From Eledone cirrhosa (lineage: Eukaryota), in NCBI GenBank assembly GCA_964016885.1, contig OZ024744.1, positions 1,798,001 to 1,862,000 of the forward strand: DNA of 64,000 nt. The letters run 5' to 3'. Below, one piece after another: positions 11,450 through 26,900 of the stretch. The notes beneath the pieces are model-generated. The model had not been told where the DNA came from. It searched no databases and saw only the letters and a program-made list of their open reading frames with translations. Each line of letters opens with the position of its first letter. Position 1 is the first letter of the stretch. Both the position numbers and the translations under genes were made by a program.

Positions 11450-14400
11450 CCAAGCTATCTTTCTCTACCTTGTCTTCCCCCAAAACTTCGTTCTTCACCA
11501 AGCTATCTTTCTCTACCTTGTCTTCCCCCAAAACTTCGTTCTTCACCAAGCTATCTTTCTCTACCTTGTCTTCCCACAAAACTTCGTTCTTCACCAAGCT
11601 ATCTTTCTCTACCTTGTCTTCCCCCAAAACTTCGTTCTTCACCAAGTCATCTTTCTCTACCTTGTCATCCCTCAAAACTTCGTTCTTCACCAATCTATCT
11701 TTCTCTACCTTGTCTTCCCCCAAAACTTCGTTCTTCACCAAGCTATCTTTCTCTACCTTGTCTTCCCCCAAAACTTCGTTCTTCACCAAGCTATCTTTCT
11801 CTACCTTGTCTTCCCACAAAACTTCGTTCTTCACCAAGCTATCTTTCTCTACCTTGTCTTCCCCCAAAACTTCGTTCTTCACCAAGCTATCTTTCTCTAC
11901 CTTGTCTTCCCTCAAAACGTCGTTCTTCACCAAGCTATCTTTCTCTACCTTGTCTTCCCTCAAAACATCGTTCTTCACCAAGCTATCTTTCTCTACCTTG
12001 TCTTCTCCCAAAACTTCGTTATTCACCAAGCTATCTTTCTCTACCTTGTCTTCCCTCAAAACTTCGTTCTTCACCAAGCTATCTTTCTCTACTTTGTCTT
12101 CCCCCAAAACTTCGTTCTTCACCAAGCTATCTTTCTCTACCTTGTCTTCCCCCAAAACTTCGTTCTTCACCAAGCTATCTTTCTGTAGCTTGTCTTCACA
12201 CAAAACTTCGTTCTTCACCAAGCTATCTTTCTCTACCTTGTCTTCCGTCAAAACCTCGTTCTTCACCAAGATATCTTTCTCTACCTTGTCTTCTCCCAAA
12301 ACTTCGTTCTTCACCAAGCTATCTTTCTCTACCTTGTCTTCCCTCAGAACTTCGTTCTTCAACAAGCTATCTTTCTCTACCTTGTCTTCCCCCCAAACTT
12401 CGTTCTTCACCAAGCTATCTTTCTCTACATTGTCCTCCCCAAAACTTCGTTCTTCACCAAGCTATCTTTCTCTACCTTGTCTTCCCTCAAAACGTCGTTC
12501 TTCACCAAGCTATCCTTCTCTACCTTGTCTTCTCCCAAAACTTCGTTATTCACCAAGCTATCTTTCTCTACCTTGTCTTCCCTCAAACCTTCGTTCTTCA
12601 CCAAGCTATCTTTCTCTACCTTGTCTTCCCCCAAAACTTCGTTCTTCACCAAGCTATATTTCTCTACATTGTCTTCCCCAAAACTTCGTTCTTCACCAAG
12701 CTATCTTTCTCTACCTTGTCTTCCCCCAAAACTTCGTTGTTCACCAAGCTATCTTTCTCTACCTTGTCTTCCCCCAAAACTTCGTTCTTCACCAAGCTAT
12801 CTTTCACTACCTTGTCTTCCCCAAAACTTCGTTCTTCACCAAGCTATCTTTCTCTACCTTGTCTTCCCCCAAAACTTCGTTCTTCACCAAGCTATCTTTC
12901 TCTACCTTGTCTTCCCTCAAAACTTCGTTCTTCACCAAGCTATCTTTCTCTACATTGTCTTCCCCAAAACTTCGTTCTTCACCAAGCTATCTTTCTCTAC
13001 CTTGTCTTCCCCCAAAACTTCGTTCTTCACCAAGCTATCTTTCTCTACCTTGTCTTCCCCCAAAACTTCGTTCTTCACCAAGCTATCTTTCTCTACCTTG
13101 TCTTCCCCCAAAACTTCGTTCTTCACCAAGCTATCTTTCTCTACCTTGTCTTCCCACAAAACTTCGTTCTTCACCAAGCTATCTTTCTCTACCTTGTCTT
13201 CCCCCAAAACTTCGTTCTTCACCAAGCTATCTTTCTCTACCTTGTCTTCCCCCAAAACTTCGTTCTTCACCAAGCTATCTTTCTCTACCTTGTCTTCCCC
13301 CAAAACTTCGTTCTTCACCAAGCTATCTTTCTCTACCTTGTCTTCCCACAAAACTTCGTTCTTCACCAAGCTATCTTTCTCTACCTTGTCTTCCCCCAAA
13401 ACTTCGTTCTTCACCAAGTCATCTTTCTCTACCTTGTCATCCCTCAAAACTTCGTTCTTCACCAATCTATCTTTCTCTACCTTGTCTTCCCCCAAAACTT
13501 CGTTCTTCACCAAGCTATCTTTCTCTACCTTGTCTTCCCCCAAAACTTCGTTCTTCACCAAGCTATCTTTCTCTACCTTGTCTTCCCACAAAACTTCGTT
13601 CTTCACCAAGCTATCTTTCTCTACCTTGTCTTCCCCCAAAACTTCGTTCTTCACCAAGCTATCTTTCTCTACCTTGTCTTCCCTCAAAACGTCGTTCTTC
13701 ACCAAGCTATCTTTCTCTACCTTGTCTTCCCTCAAAACATCGTTCTTCACCAAGCTATCTTTCTCTACCTTGTCTTCTCCCAAAACTTCGTTATTCACCA
13801 AGCTATCTTTCTCTACCTTGTCTTCCCTCAAAACTTCGTTCTTCACCAAGCTATCTTTCTCTACTTTGTCTTCCCCCAAAACTTCGTTCTTCACCAAGCT
13901 ATCTTTCTCTACCTTGTCTTCCCCCAAAACTTCGTTCTTCACCAAGCTATCTTTCTGTAGCTTGTCTTCACACAAAACTTCGTTCTTCACCAAGCTATCT
14001 TTCTCTACCTTGTCTTCCGTCAAAACCTCGTTCTTCACCAAGATATCTTTCTCTACCTTGTCTTCTCCCAAAACTTCGTTCTTCACCAAGCTATCTTTCT
14101 CTACCTTGTCTTCCCTCAGAACTTCGTTCTTCAACAAGCTATCTTTCTCTACCTTGTCTTCCCCCCAAACTTCGTTCTTCACCAAGCTATCTTTCTCTAC
14201 ATTGTCCTCCCCAAAACTTCGTTCTTCACCAAGCTATCTTTCTCTACCTTGTCTTCCCTCAAAACGTCGTTCTTCACCAAGCTATCCTTCTCTACCTTGT
14301 CTTCTCCCAAAACTTCGTTATTCACCAAGCTATCTTTCTCTACCTTGTCTTCCCTCAAACCTTCGTTCTTCACCAAGCTATCTTTCTCTACCTTGTCTTC

Positions 14401-14990
14401 CCCCAAAACTTCGTTCTTCACCAAGCTATATTTCTCTACATTGTCTTCCCCAAAACTTCGTTCTTCACCAAGCTATCTTTCTCTACCTTGTCTTCCCCCA
14501 AAACTTCGTTGTTCACCAAGCTATCTTTCTCTACCTTGTCTTCCCCCAAAACTTCGTTCTTCACCAAGCTATCTTTCACTACCTTGTCTTCCCCAAAACT
14601 TCGTTCTTCACCAAGCTATCTTTCTCTACCTTGTCTTCCCCCAAAACTTCGTTCTTCACCAAGCTATCTTTCTCTACCTTGTCTTCCCTCAAAACTTCGT
14701 TCTTCACCAAGCTATCTTTCTCTACATTGTCTTCCCCAAAACTTCGTTCTTCACCAAGCTATCTTTCTCTACCTTGTCTTCCCCCAAAACTTCGTTCTTC
14801 ACCAAGCTATCTTTCTCTACCTTGTCTTCCCCCAAAACTTCGTTCTTCACCAAGCTATCTTTCTCTACCTTGTCTTCCCCCAAAACTTCGTTCTTCACCA
14901 AGCTATCTTTCTCTACCTTGTCTTCCCACAAAACTTCGTTCTTCACCAAGCTATATTTCTCTACCTTGTCTTCCCCCAAAACTTCGTTCT
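11450..14990. repeat. 1,772-bp (37-monomer) tandem duplication
   Basis: Variants AAGCTATATT (~12651/~14423) and CTTTCACTAC (~12801/~14573) are 1,772 bp apart. ORF pairs 12425/14197 and 12477/14249 agree. Confidence 0.88.
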
Positions 14991-17900
14991 TCACCAAGTC
15001 ATCTTTCTCTACCTTGTCATCCGTCAAAACTTCGTTCTTCACCAATCTATCTTTCTCTACCTTGTCTTCCCCCAAAACTTCGTTCTTCACCAAGCTATCT
15101 TTCTCTAGCTTGTCTTCCCACAAAACGTCGTTCTTCACCAAGCTATCTTTCTCTACCTTGTCTTCCCTCAAAACGTCGTTCTTCACCAAGCTATCTTTCT
15201 CTACCTTGTCTTCCCTCAAAACATCGTTCTTCACCAAGCTATCTTTCTCTACCTTGTCTTCTCCCAAAACTTCGTTATTCACCAAGCTATCTTTCTCTAC
15301 CTTGTCTTCCCTCAAAACTTCGTTCTTCACCAAGCTATCTTTCTCTACTTTGTCTTCCCCCAAAACTTCGTTCTTCACCAAGCTATCTTTCTCTACCTTG
15401 TCTTCCCCCAAAACTTCGTTCTTCACCAAGCTATCTTTCTGTAGCTTGTCTTCACACAAAACTTCGTTCTTCACCAAGCTATCTTTCTCTACCTTGTCTT
15501 CCCACAAAACGTCATTCTTCACCAAGCTATCTTTCTCTACCTTGTCTTCCCTCAAAACGTCGTTCTTCACCAAGCTATCTTTCTCTACCTTGTCTTCCCT
15601 CAAAACATCGTTCTTCACCAAGCTATCTTTCTCTACCTTGTCTTCTCCCAAAACTTCGTTATTCACCAAGCTATCTTTCTCTACCTTGTCTTCCCTCAAA
15701 ACTTCGTTCTTCACCAAGCTATCTTTCTATACCTTGTCTTCCCCCAAAACTTCGTTCTTCACCAAACTATCTTTCTCTACCTTGTCTTCCCCCAAAACTT
15801 CGTTCTTCACCAAGCTATCTTTCTCTACCTTGTCTTCCCCCAAAACTTCGTTCTTCACCAAGTCATCTTTCTCTACCTTGTCATCCCTCAAAACTTCGTT
15901 CTTCACCAATCTATCTTTCTCTACCTTGTCTTCCCCCAAAACTTCGTTCTTCACCAAGCTATCTTTCTCTAGCTTGTCTTCCCACAAAACGTCGTTCTTC
16001 ACCAAGCTATCTTTCTCTACCTTGTCTTCCCTCAAAACGTCGTTCTTCACCAAGCTATCTTTCTCTACCTTGTTTTCCCTCAAAACATCGTTCTTCACCA
16101 AGCTATCTTTCTCTACCTTGTCTTCTCCCAAAACTTCGTTATTCACCAAGCTATCTTTCTCTACCTTGTCTTCCCTCAAAACTTCGTTCTTCACCAAGCT
16201 ATCTTTCTCTACTTTGTCTTCCCCCAAAACTTCGTTCTTCACCAAGCTATCTTTCTCTACCTTGTCTTCCCCCAAAACTTCGTTCTTCACCAAGCTATCT
16301 TTCTGTAGCTTGTCTTCACACAAATCTTCGTTCTTCACCAAGCTATCTTTCTCTACCTTGTCTTCCCACAAAACGTCATTCTTCACCAAGCTATCTTTCT
16401 CTACCTTGTCTTCCGTCAAAACTTCGTTCTTCACCAAGATATCTTTCTCTACCTTGTCTTCTCCCAAAACTTCGTTCTTCACCAAGCTATCTTTCTCTAC
16501 CTTGTCTTCCCTCAGAACTTCGTTCTTCAACAAGCTATCTTTCTCTACCTTGTCTTCCCCCCAAACTTCGTTCTTCACCAAGCTATCTTTCTCTACATTG
16601 TCCTCCCCAAAACTTCGTTCTTCACCAAGCTATCTTTCTCTACCTTGTCTTCCCTCAAAACGTCGTTCTTCACCAAGCTATCCTTCTCTACCTTGTCTTC
16701 TCCCAAAACTTCGTTATTCACCAAGCTATCTTTCTCTACCTTGTCTTCCCTCAAACCTTCGTTCTTCACCAAGCTATCTTTCTCTACCTTGTCTTCCCCC
16801 AAAACTTCGTTCTTCACCAAGCTATCTTTCTCTACATTGTCTTCCCCAAAACTTCGTTCTTCACCAAGCTATCTTTCTCTACCTTGTCTTCCCCCAAAAC
16901 TTCGTTGTTCACCAAGCTATCTTTCTCTACCTTGTCTTCCCCCAAAACTTCGTTATTCACCAAGCTATCTTTCTCTACCTTGTCTTCTTCAAAACTTCGT
17001 TCTTCACCAAGCTATCTTTCTCTACCTTGTCTTCCCCCAAAACTTCGTTCTTCACCAAGCTATCTTTCTCTACCTTGTCTTCCCCCAAAACTTCGTTCTT
17101 CACCAAGCTATCTTTCTCTACCTTGTCTTCCCCCAAAACTTCGTTCTTCACCAAGCTATCTTTCTCTACCTTGTCTTCCCACAAAACTTCGTTCTTCACC
17201 AAGCTATCTTTCTCTACCTTGTCTTCCCACAAAACGTCGTTCTTCACCAAGCTATCTTTCTCTACCTTGTCTTCCCTCAAAACTTCGTTCTTCACCAAGC
17301 TATCTTTCTCTACATTGTCTTCCCCAAAACTTCGTTCTTCACCAAGCTATCTTTCTCTACCTTGTCTTCCCCCAAAACTTCGTTCTTCACCAAGCTATCT
17401 TTCTCTACCTTGTCTTCCCCCAAAACTTCGTTCTTCACCAAGCTATCTTTCTCTACCTTGTCTTCCCCCAAAACTTCGTTCTTCACCAAGCTATCTTTCT
17501 CTACCTTGTATTCCCACAAAACTTCGTTCTTCACCAAGCTATCTTTCTCTACCTTGTCTTCCCTCAAAACGTCGTTCTTCACCAAGCTATCTTTCTCTAC
17601 ATTGTCTTCCCCAAAACTTCGTTCTTCACCAAGCTATCTTTCTCTACCTTGTCTTCCCCCAACACTTCATTGTTCACCAAGCTATCTTTCTCTACCTTGT
17701 CTTCCCACAAAACTTCGTTCTTCACCAAGCTATCTTTCTCTACCTTGTCTTCCCACAAAACGTCGTTCTTCACCAAGCTATCTTTCTCTACCTTGTCTTC
17801 CCTCAAAACTTCGTTCTTCACCAAGCTATCTTTCTCTACATTGTCTTCCCCAAACTTCGTTCTTCACCAAGCTATCTTTCTCTACCTTGTCTTCCCCCAA

Positions 17901-20900
17901 AACTTCGTTCTTCACCAAGCTATCTTTCTCTACCTTGTCTTCCCCCAAAACTTCGTTCTTCACCAAGCTATCTTTCTCTACCTTGTCTTCCCCCAAAACT
18001 TCGTTCTTCACCAAGCTATCTTTCTCTACCTTGTCTTCCCACAAAACTTCGTTCTTCACCAAGCTATCTTTCTCTACCTTGTCTTCCCCCAAAACTTCGT
18101 TCTTCACCAAGTCATCTTTCTCTACCTTGTCATCCCTCAAAACTTCGTTCTTCACCAATCTATCTTTCTCTACCTTGTCTTCCCTCAAAACATCGTTCTT
18201 CACCAAGCTATCTTTCTCTACCTTGTCTTCTCCCAAAACTTCGTTATTCACCAAGCTATCTTTCTCTACCTTGTCTTCCCTCAAAACTTCGTTCTTCACC
18301 AAGCTATCTTTCTCTACTTTGTCTTCCCCCAAAACTTCGTTCTTCACCAAGCTATCTTTCTCTACCTTGTCTTCCCCCAAAACTTCGTTCTTCACCAAGC
18401 TATCTTTCTGTAGCTTGTCTTCACACAAAACTTCGTTCTTCACCAAGCTATCTTTCTCTACCTTGTCTTCCCACAAAACGTCATTCTTCACCAAGCTATC
18501 TTTCTCTACCTTGTCTTCCCTCAAAACGTCGTTCTTCACCAAGCTATCTTTCTCTACCTTGTCTTCCCTCAAAACATCGTTCTTCACCAAGCTATCTTTC
18601 TCTACCTTGTCTTCTCCCAAAACTTCGTTATTCACCAAGCTATCTTTCTCTACCTTGTCTTCCCTCAAAACTTCGTTCTTCACCAAGCTATCTTTCTATA
18701 CCTTGTCTTCCCCCAAAACTTCGTTCTTCACCAAACTATCTTTCTCTACCTTGTCTTCCCCCAAAACTTCGTTCTTCACCAAGCTATCTTTCTCTACCTT
18801 GTCTTCCCCCAAAACTTCGTTCTTCACCAAGTCATCTTTCTCTACCTTGTCATCCCTCAAAACTTCGTTCTTCACCAATCTATCTTTCTCTACCTTGTCT
18901 TCCCCCAAAACTTCGTTCTTCACCAAGCTATCTTTCTCTAGCTTGTCTTCCCACAAAACGTCGTTCTTCACCAAGCTATCTTTCTCTACCTTGTCTTCCC
19001 TCAAAACGTCGTTCTTCACCAAGCTATCTTTCTCTACCTTGTTTTCCCTCAAAACATCGTTCTTCACCAAGCTATCTTTCTCTACCTTGTCTTCTCCCAA
19101 AACTTCGTTATTCACCAAGCTATCTTTCTCTACCTTGTCTTCCCTCAAAACTTCGTTCTTCACCAAGCTATCTTTCTCTACTTTGTCTTCCCCCAAAACT
19201 TCGTTCTTCACCAAGCTATCTTTCTCTACCTTGTCTTCCCCCAAAACTTCGTTCTTCACCAAGCTATCTTTCTGTAGCTTGTCTTCACACAAATCTTCGT
19301 TCTTCACCAAGCTATCTTTCTCTACCTTGTCTTCCCACAAAACGTCATTCTTCACCAAGCTATCTTTCTCTACCTTGTCTTCCGTCAAAACTTCGTTCTT
19401 CACCAAGATATCTTTCTCTACCTTGTCTTCTCCCAAAACTTCGTTCTTCACCAAGCTATCTTTCTCTACCTTGTCTTCCCTCAGAACTTCGTTCTTCAAC
19501 AAGCTATCTTTCTCTACCTTGTCTTCCCCCCAAACTTCGTTCTTCACCAAGCTATCTTTCTCTACATTGTCCTCCCCAAAACTTCGTTCTTCACCAAGCT
19601 ATCTTTCTCTACCTTGTCTTCCCTCAAAACGTCGTTCTTCACCAAGCTATCCTTCTCTACCTTGTCTTCTCCCAAAACTTCGTTATTCACCAAGCTATCT
19701 TTCTCTACCTTGTCTTCCCTCAAACCTTCGTTCTTCACCAAGCTATCTTTCTCTACCTTGTCTTCCCCCAAAACTTCGTTCTTCACCAAGCTATCTTTCT
19801 CTACATTGTCTTCCCCAAAACTTCGTTCTTCACCAAGCTATCTTTCTCTACCTTGTCTTCCCCCAAAACTTCGTTGTTCACCAAGCTATCTTTCTCTACC
19901 TTGTCTTCCCCCAAAACTTCGTTATTCACCAAGCTATCTTTCTCTACCTTGTCTTCTTCAAAACTTCGTTCTTCACCAAGCTATCTTTCTCTACCTTGTC
20001 TTCCCCCAAAACTTCGTTCTTCACCAAGCTATCTTTCTCTACCTTGTCTTCCCCCAAAACTTCGTTCTTCACCAAGCTATCTTTCTCTACCTTGTCTTCC
20101 CCCAAAACTTCGTTCTTCACCAAGCTATCTTTCTCTACCTTGTCTTCCCACAAAACGTCGTTCTTCACCAAGCTATCTTTCTCTACCTTGTCTTCCCTCA
20201 AAACTTCGTTCTTCACCAAGCTATCTTTCTCTACATTGTCTTCCCCAAAACTTCGTTCTTCACCAAGCTATCTTTCTCTACCTTGTCTTCCCCCAAAACT
20301 TCGTTCTTCACCAAGCTATCTTTCTCTACCTTGTCTTCCCCCAAAACTTCGTTCTTCACCAAGCTATCTTTCTCTACCTTGTCTTCCCCCAAAACTTCGT
20401 TCTTCACCAAGCTATCTTTCTCTACCTTGTATTCCCACAAAACTTCGTTCTTCACCAAGCTATCTTTCTCTACCTTGTCTTCCCTCAAAACGTCGTTCTT
20501 CACCAAGCTATCTTTCTCTACATTGTCTTCCCCAAAACTTCGTTCTTCACCAAGCTATCTTTCTCTACCTTGTCTTCCCCCAAAACTTCATTGTTCACCA
20601 AGCTATCTTTCTCTACCTTGTCTTCCCACAAAACTTCGTTCTTCACCAAGCTATCTTTCTCTACCTTGTCTTCCCACAAAACGTCGTTCTTCACCAAGCT
20701 ATCTTTCTCTACCTTGTCTTCCCTCAAAACTTCGTTCTTCACCAAGCTATCTTTCTCTACATTGTCTTCCCCAAACTTCGTTCTTCACCAAGCTATCTTT
20801 CTCTACCTTGTCTTCCCCCAAAACTTCGTTCTTCACCAAGCTATCTTTCTCTACCTTGTCTTCCCCCAAAACTTCGTTCTTCACCAAGCTATCTTTCTCT

Positions 20901-23900
20901 ACCTTGTCTTCCCCCAAAACTTCGTTCTTCACCAAGCTATCTTTCTCTACCTTGTCTTCCCACAAAACTTCGTTCTTCACCAAGCTATCTTTCTCTACCT
21001 TGTCTTCCCCCAAAACTTCGTTCTTCACCAAGTCATCTTTCTCTACCTTGTCATCCCTCAAAACTTCGTTCTTCACCAATCTATCTTTCTCTACCTTGTC
21101 TTCCCCCAAAACTTCGTTCTTCACCAAGCTATCTTTCTCTAGCTTGTCTTCCCACAAAACGTCGTTCTTCACCAAGCTATCTTTCTCTACCTTGTCTTCC
21201 CTCAAAACGTCGTTCTTCACCAAGCTATCTTTCTCTACCTTGTCTTCCCTCAAAACATCGTTCTTCACCAAGCTATCTTTCTCTACCTTGTCTTCTCCCA
21301 AAACTTCGTTATTCACCAAGCTATCTTTCTCTACCTTGTCTTCCCTCAAAACTTCGTTCTTCACCAAGCTATCTTTCTCTACTTTGTCTTCCCCCAAAAC
21401 TTCGTTCTTCACCAAGCTATCTTTCTCTACCTTGTCTTCCCCCAAAACTTCGTTCTTCACCAAGCTATCTTTCTGTAGCTTGTCTTCACACAAAACTTCG
21501 TTCTTCACCAAGCTATCTTTCTCTACCTTGTCTTCCGTCAAAACCTCGTTCTTCACCAAGATATCTTTCTCTACCTTGTCTTCTCCCAAAGCTTCGTTCT
21601 TCACCAAGCTATCTTTCTCTACCTTGTCTTCCCTCAGAACTTCGTTCTTCAACAAGCTATCTTTCTCTACCTTGTCTTCCCCCCAAACTTCGTTCTTCAC
21701 CAAGCTATCTTTCTCTACATTGTCCTCCCCAAAACTTCGTTCTTCACCAAGCTATCTTTCTCTACCTTGTCTTCCCTCAAAACGTCGTTCTTCACCAAGC
21801 TATCCTTCTCTACCTTGTCTTCTCCCAAAACTTCGTTATTCACCAAGCTATCTTTCTCTACCTTGTCTTCCCTCAAACCTTCGTTCTTCACCAAGCTATC
21901 TTTCTCTACCTTGTCTTCCCCCAAAACTTCGTTCTTCACCAAGCTATCTTTCTCTACATTGTCTTCCCCAAAACTTCGTTCTTCACCAAGCTATCTTTCT
22001 CTACCTTGTCTTCCCCCAAAACTTCGTTGTTCACCAAGCTATCTTTCTCTACCTTGTCTTCCCCCAAAACTTCGTTCTTCACCAAGCTATCTTTCTCTAC
22101 CTTGTCTTCCCCCAAAACTTCGTTCTTCACCAAGCTATCTTTCTCTACCTTGTCTTCCCCCAAAACTTCGTTCTTCACCAAGCTATCTTTCTCTACCTTG
22201 TCTTCCCACAAAACGTCGTTCTTCACCAAGCTATCTTTCTATACCTTGTCTTCCCCCAAAACTTCGTTCTTCACCAAACTATCTTTCTCTACCTTGTCTT
22301 CCCCCAAAACTTCGTTCTTCACCAAGCTATCTTTCTCTACCTTGTCTTCCCCCAAAACTTCGTTCTTCACCAAGTCATCTTTCTCTACCTTGTCATCCCT
22401 CAAAACTTCGTTCTTCACCAATCTATCTTTCTCTACCTTGTCTTCCCCCAAAACTTCGTTCTTCACCAAGCTATCTTTCTCTAGCTTGTCTTCCCACAAA
22501 ACGTCGTTCTTCACCAAGCTATCTTTCTCTACCTTGTCTTCCCTCAAAACGTCGTTCTTCACCAAGCTATCTTTCTCTACCTTGTTTTCCCTCAAAACAT
22601 CGTTCTTCACCAAGCTATCTTTCTCTACCATGTCTTCTCCCAAAACTTCGTTATTCACCAAGCTATCTTTCTCTACCTTGTCTTCCCTCAAAACTTCGTT
22701 CTTCACCAAGCTATCTTTCTCTACTTTGTCTTCCCCCAAAACTTCGTTCTTCACCAAGCTATCTTTCTCTACCTTGTCTTCCCCCAAAACTTCGTTCTTC
22801 ACCAAGCTATCTTTCTGTAGCTTGTCTTCACACAAATCTTCGTTCTTCACCAAGCTATCTTTCTCTACCTTGTCTTCCCACAAAACGTCATTCTTCACCA
22901 AGCTATCTTTCTCTACCTTGTCTTCCGTCAAAACTTCGTTCTTCACCAAGATATCTTTCTCTACCTTGTCTTCTCCCAAAACTTCGTTCTTCACCAAGCT
23001 ATCTTTCTCTACCTTGTCTTCCCTCAGAACTTCGTTCTTCAACAAGCTATCTTTCTCTACCTTGCCTTCCCCCCAAACTTCGTTCTTCACCAAGCTATCT
23101 TTCTCTACATTGTCCTCCCCAAAACTTCGTTCTTCACCAAGCTATCTTTCTCTACCTTGTCTTCCCTCAAAACGTCGTTCTTCACCAAGCTATCCTTCTC
23201 TACCTTGTCTTCTCCCAAAACTTCGTTATTCACCAAGCTATCTTTCTCTACCTTGTCTTCCCTCAAACCTTCGTTCTTCACCAAGCTATCTTTCTCTACC
23301 TTGTCTTCCCCCAAAACTTCGTTCTTCACCAAGCTATCTTTCTCTACATTGTCTTCCCCAAAACTTCGTTCTTCACCAAGCTATCTTTCTCTACCTTGTC
23401 TTCCCCCAAAACTTCGTTGTTCACCAAGCTATCTTTCTCTACCTTGTCTTCCCCCAAAACTTCGTTATTCACCAAGCTATCTTTCTCTACCTTGTCTTCT
23501 TCAAAACTTCGTTCTTCACCAAGCTATCTTTCTCTACCTTGTCTTCCCCCAAAACTTCGTTCTTCACCAAGCTATCTTTCTCTACCTTGTCTTCCCACAA
23601 AACTTCGTTCTTCACCAAGCTATCTTTCTCTACCTTGTCTTCCCACAAAACGTCGTTCTTCACCAAGCTATCTTTCTCTACCTTGTCTTCCCTCAAAACT
23701 TCGTTCTTCACCAAGCTATCTTTCTCTACATTGTCTTCCCCAAAACTTCGTTCTTCACCAAGCTATCTTTCTCTACCTTGTCTTCCCCCAAAACTTCGTT
23801 CTTCACCAAGCTATCTTTCTCTACCTTGTCTTCCCCCAAAACTTCGTTCTTCACCAAGCTATCTTTCTCTACCTTGTCTTCCCCCAAAACTTCGTTCTTC

Positions 23901-26900
23901 ACCAAGCTATCTTTCTCTACCTTGTATTCCCACAAAACTTCGTTCTTCACCAAGCTATCTTTCTCTACCTTGTCTTCCCTCAAAACGTCGTTCTTCACCA
24001 AGCTATCTTTCTCTACATTGTCTTCCCCAAAACTTCGTTCTTCACCAAGCTATCTTTCTCTACCTTGTCTTCCCCCAAAACTTCATTGTTCACCAAGCTA
24101 TCTTTCTCTACCTTGTCTTCCCACAAAACTTCGTTCTTCACCAAGCTATCTTTCTCTACCTTGTCTTCCCACAAAACGTCGTTCTTCACCAAGCTATCTT
24201 TCTCTACCTTGTCTTCCCTCAAAACTTCGTTCTTCACCAAGCTATCTTTCTCTACATTGTCTTCCCCAAACTTCGTTCTTCACCAAGCTATCTTTCTCTA
24301 CCTTGTCTTCCCCCAAAACTTCGTTCTTCACCAAGCTATCTTTCTCTACCTTGTCTTCCCCCAAAACTTCGTTCTTCACCAAGCTATCTTTCTCTACCTT
24401 GTCTTCCCCCAAAACTTCGTTCTTCACCAAGCTATCTTTCTCTACCTTGTCTTCCCACAAAACTTCGTTCTTCACCAAGCTATCTTTCTCTACCTTGTCT
24501 TCCCCCAAAACTTCGTTCTTCACCAAGTCATCTTTCTCTACCTTGTCATCCCTCAAAACTTCGTTCTTCACCAATCTATCTTTCTCTACCTTGTCTTCCC
24601 CCAAAACTTCGTTCTTCACCAAGCTATCTTTCTCTAGCTTGTCTTCCCACAAAACGTCGTTCTTCACCAAGCTATCTTTCTCTACCTTGTCTTCCCTCAA
24701 AACGTCGTTCTTCACCAAGCTATCTTTCTCTACCTTGTCTTCCCTCAAAACATCGTTCTTCACCAAGCTATCTTTCTCTACCTTGTCTTCTCCCAAAACT
24801 TCGTTATTCACCAAGCTATCTTTCTCTACCTTGTCTTCCCTCAAAACTTCGTTCTTCACCAAGCTATCTTTCTCTACTTTGTCTTCCCCCAAAACTTCGT
24901 TCTTCACCAAGCTATCTTTCTCTACCTTGTCTTCCCCCAAAACTTCGTTCTTCACCAAGCTATCTTTCTGTAGCTTGTCTTCACACAAAACTTCGTTCTT
25001 CACCAAGCTATCTTTCTCTACCTTGTCTTCCGTCAAAACCTCGTTCTTCACCAAGATATCTTTCTCTACCTTGTCTTCTCCCAAAACTTCGTTCTTCACC
25101 AAGCTATCTTTCTCTACCTTGTCTTCCCTCAGAACTTCGTTCTTCAACAAGCTATCTTTCTCTACCTTGTCTTCCCCCCAAACTTCGTTCTTCACCAAGC
25201 TATCTTTCTCTACATTGTCCTCCCCAAAACTTCGTTCTTCACCAAGCTATCTTTCTCTACCTTGTCTTCCCTCAAAACGTCGTTCTTCACCAAGCTATCC
25301 TTCTCTACCTTGTCTTCTCCCAAAACTTCGTTATTCACCAAGCTATCTTTCTCTACCTTGTCTTCCCTCAAACCTTCGTTCTTCACCAAGCTATCTTTCT
25401 CTACCTTGTCTTCCCCCAAAACTTCGTTCTTCACCAAGCTATCTTTCTCTACATTGTCTTCCCCAAAACTTCGTTCTTCACCAAGCTATCTTTCTCTACC
25501 TTGTCTTCCCCCAAAACTTCGTTGTTCACCAAGCTATCTTTCTCTACCTTGTCTTCCCCCAAAACTTCGTTCTTCACCAAGCTATCTTTCTCTACCTTGT
25601 CTTCCCCCAAAACTTCGTTCTTCACCAAGCTATCTTTCTCTACCTTGTCTTCCCCCAAAACTTCGTTCTTCACCAAGCTATCTTTCTCTACCTTGTCTTC
25701 CCCCAAAACTTCGTTCTTCACCAAGCTATCTTTCTCTACCTTGTCTTCCCCCAAAACTTCATTGTTCACCAAGCTATCTTTCTCTACCTTGTCTTCCCAC
25801 AAAACTTCGTTCTTCACCAAGCTATCTTTCTCTACCTTGTCTTCCCACAAAACGTCGTTCTTCACCAAGCTATCTTTCTCTACCTTGTCTTCCCTCAAAA
25901 CTTCGTTCTTCACCAAGCTATCTTTCTCTACATTGTCTTCCCCAAAACTTCGTTCTTCACCAAGCTATCTTTCTCTACCTTGTCTTCCCCCAAAACTTCG
26001 TTCTTCACCAAGCTATCTTTCTCTACCTTGTCTTCCCCCAAAACTTCGTTCTTCACCAAGCTATCTTTCTCTACCTTGTCTTCCCTCAAAACGTCGTTCT
26101 TCACCAAGCTATCTTTCTCTACCTTGTCTTCCCTCAAAACATCGTTCTTCACCAAGCTATCTTTCTCTACCTTGTCTTCTCCCAAAACTTCGTTATTCAC
26201 CAAGCTATCTTTCTCTACCTTGTCTTCCCTCAAAACTTCGTTCTTCACCAAGCTATCTTTCTCTACTTTGTCTTCCCCCAAAACTTCGTTCTTCACCAAG
26301 CTATCTTTCTCTACCTTGTCTTCCCCCAAAACTTCGTTCTTCACCAAGCTATCTTTCTGTAGCTTGTCTTCACACAAAACTTCGTTCTTCACCAAGCTAT
26401 CTTTCTCTACCTTGTCTTCCGTCAAAACCTCGTTCTTCACCAAGATATCTTTCTCTACCTTGTCTTCTCCCAAAACTTCGTTCTTCACCAAGCTATCTTT
26501 CTCTACCTTGTCTTCCCTCAGAACTTCGTTCTTCAACAAGCTATCTTTCTCTACCTTGTCTTCCCCCCAAACTTCGTTCTTCACCAAGCTATCTTTCTCT
26601 ACATTGTCCTCCCCAAAACTTCGTTCTTCACCAAGCTATCTTTCTCTACCTTGTCTTCCCTCAAAACGTCGTTCTTCACCAAGCTATCCTTCTCTACCTT
26701 GTCTTCTCCCAAAACTTCGTTATTCACCAAGCTATCTTTCTCTACCTTGTCTTCCCTCAAACCTTCGTTCTTCACCAAGCTATCTTTCTCTACCTTGTCT
26801 TCCCCCAAAACTTCGTTCTTCACCAAGCTATCTTTCTCTACATTGTCTTCCCCAAAACTTCGTTCTTCACCAAGCTATCTTTCTCTACCTTGTCTTCCCC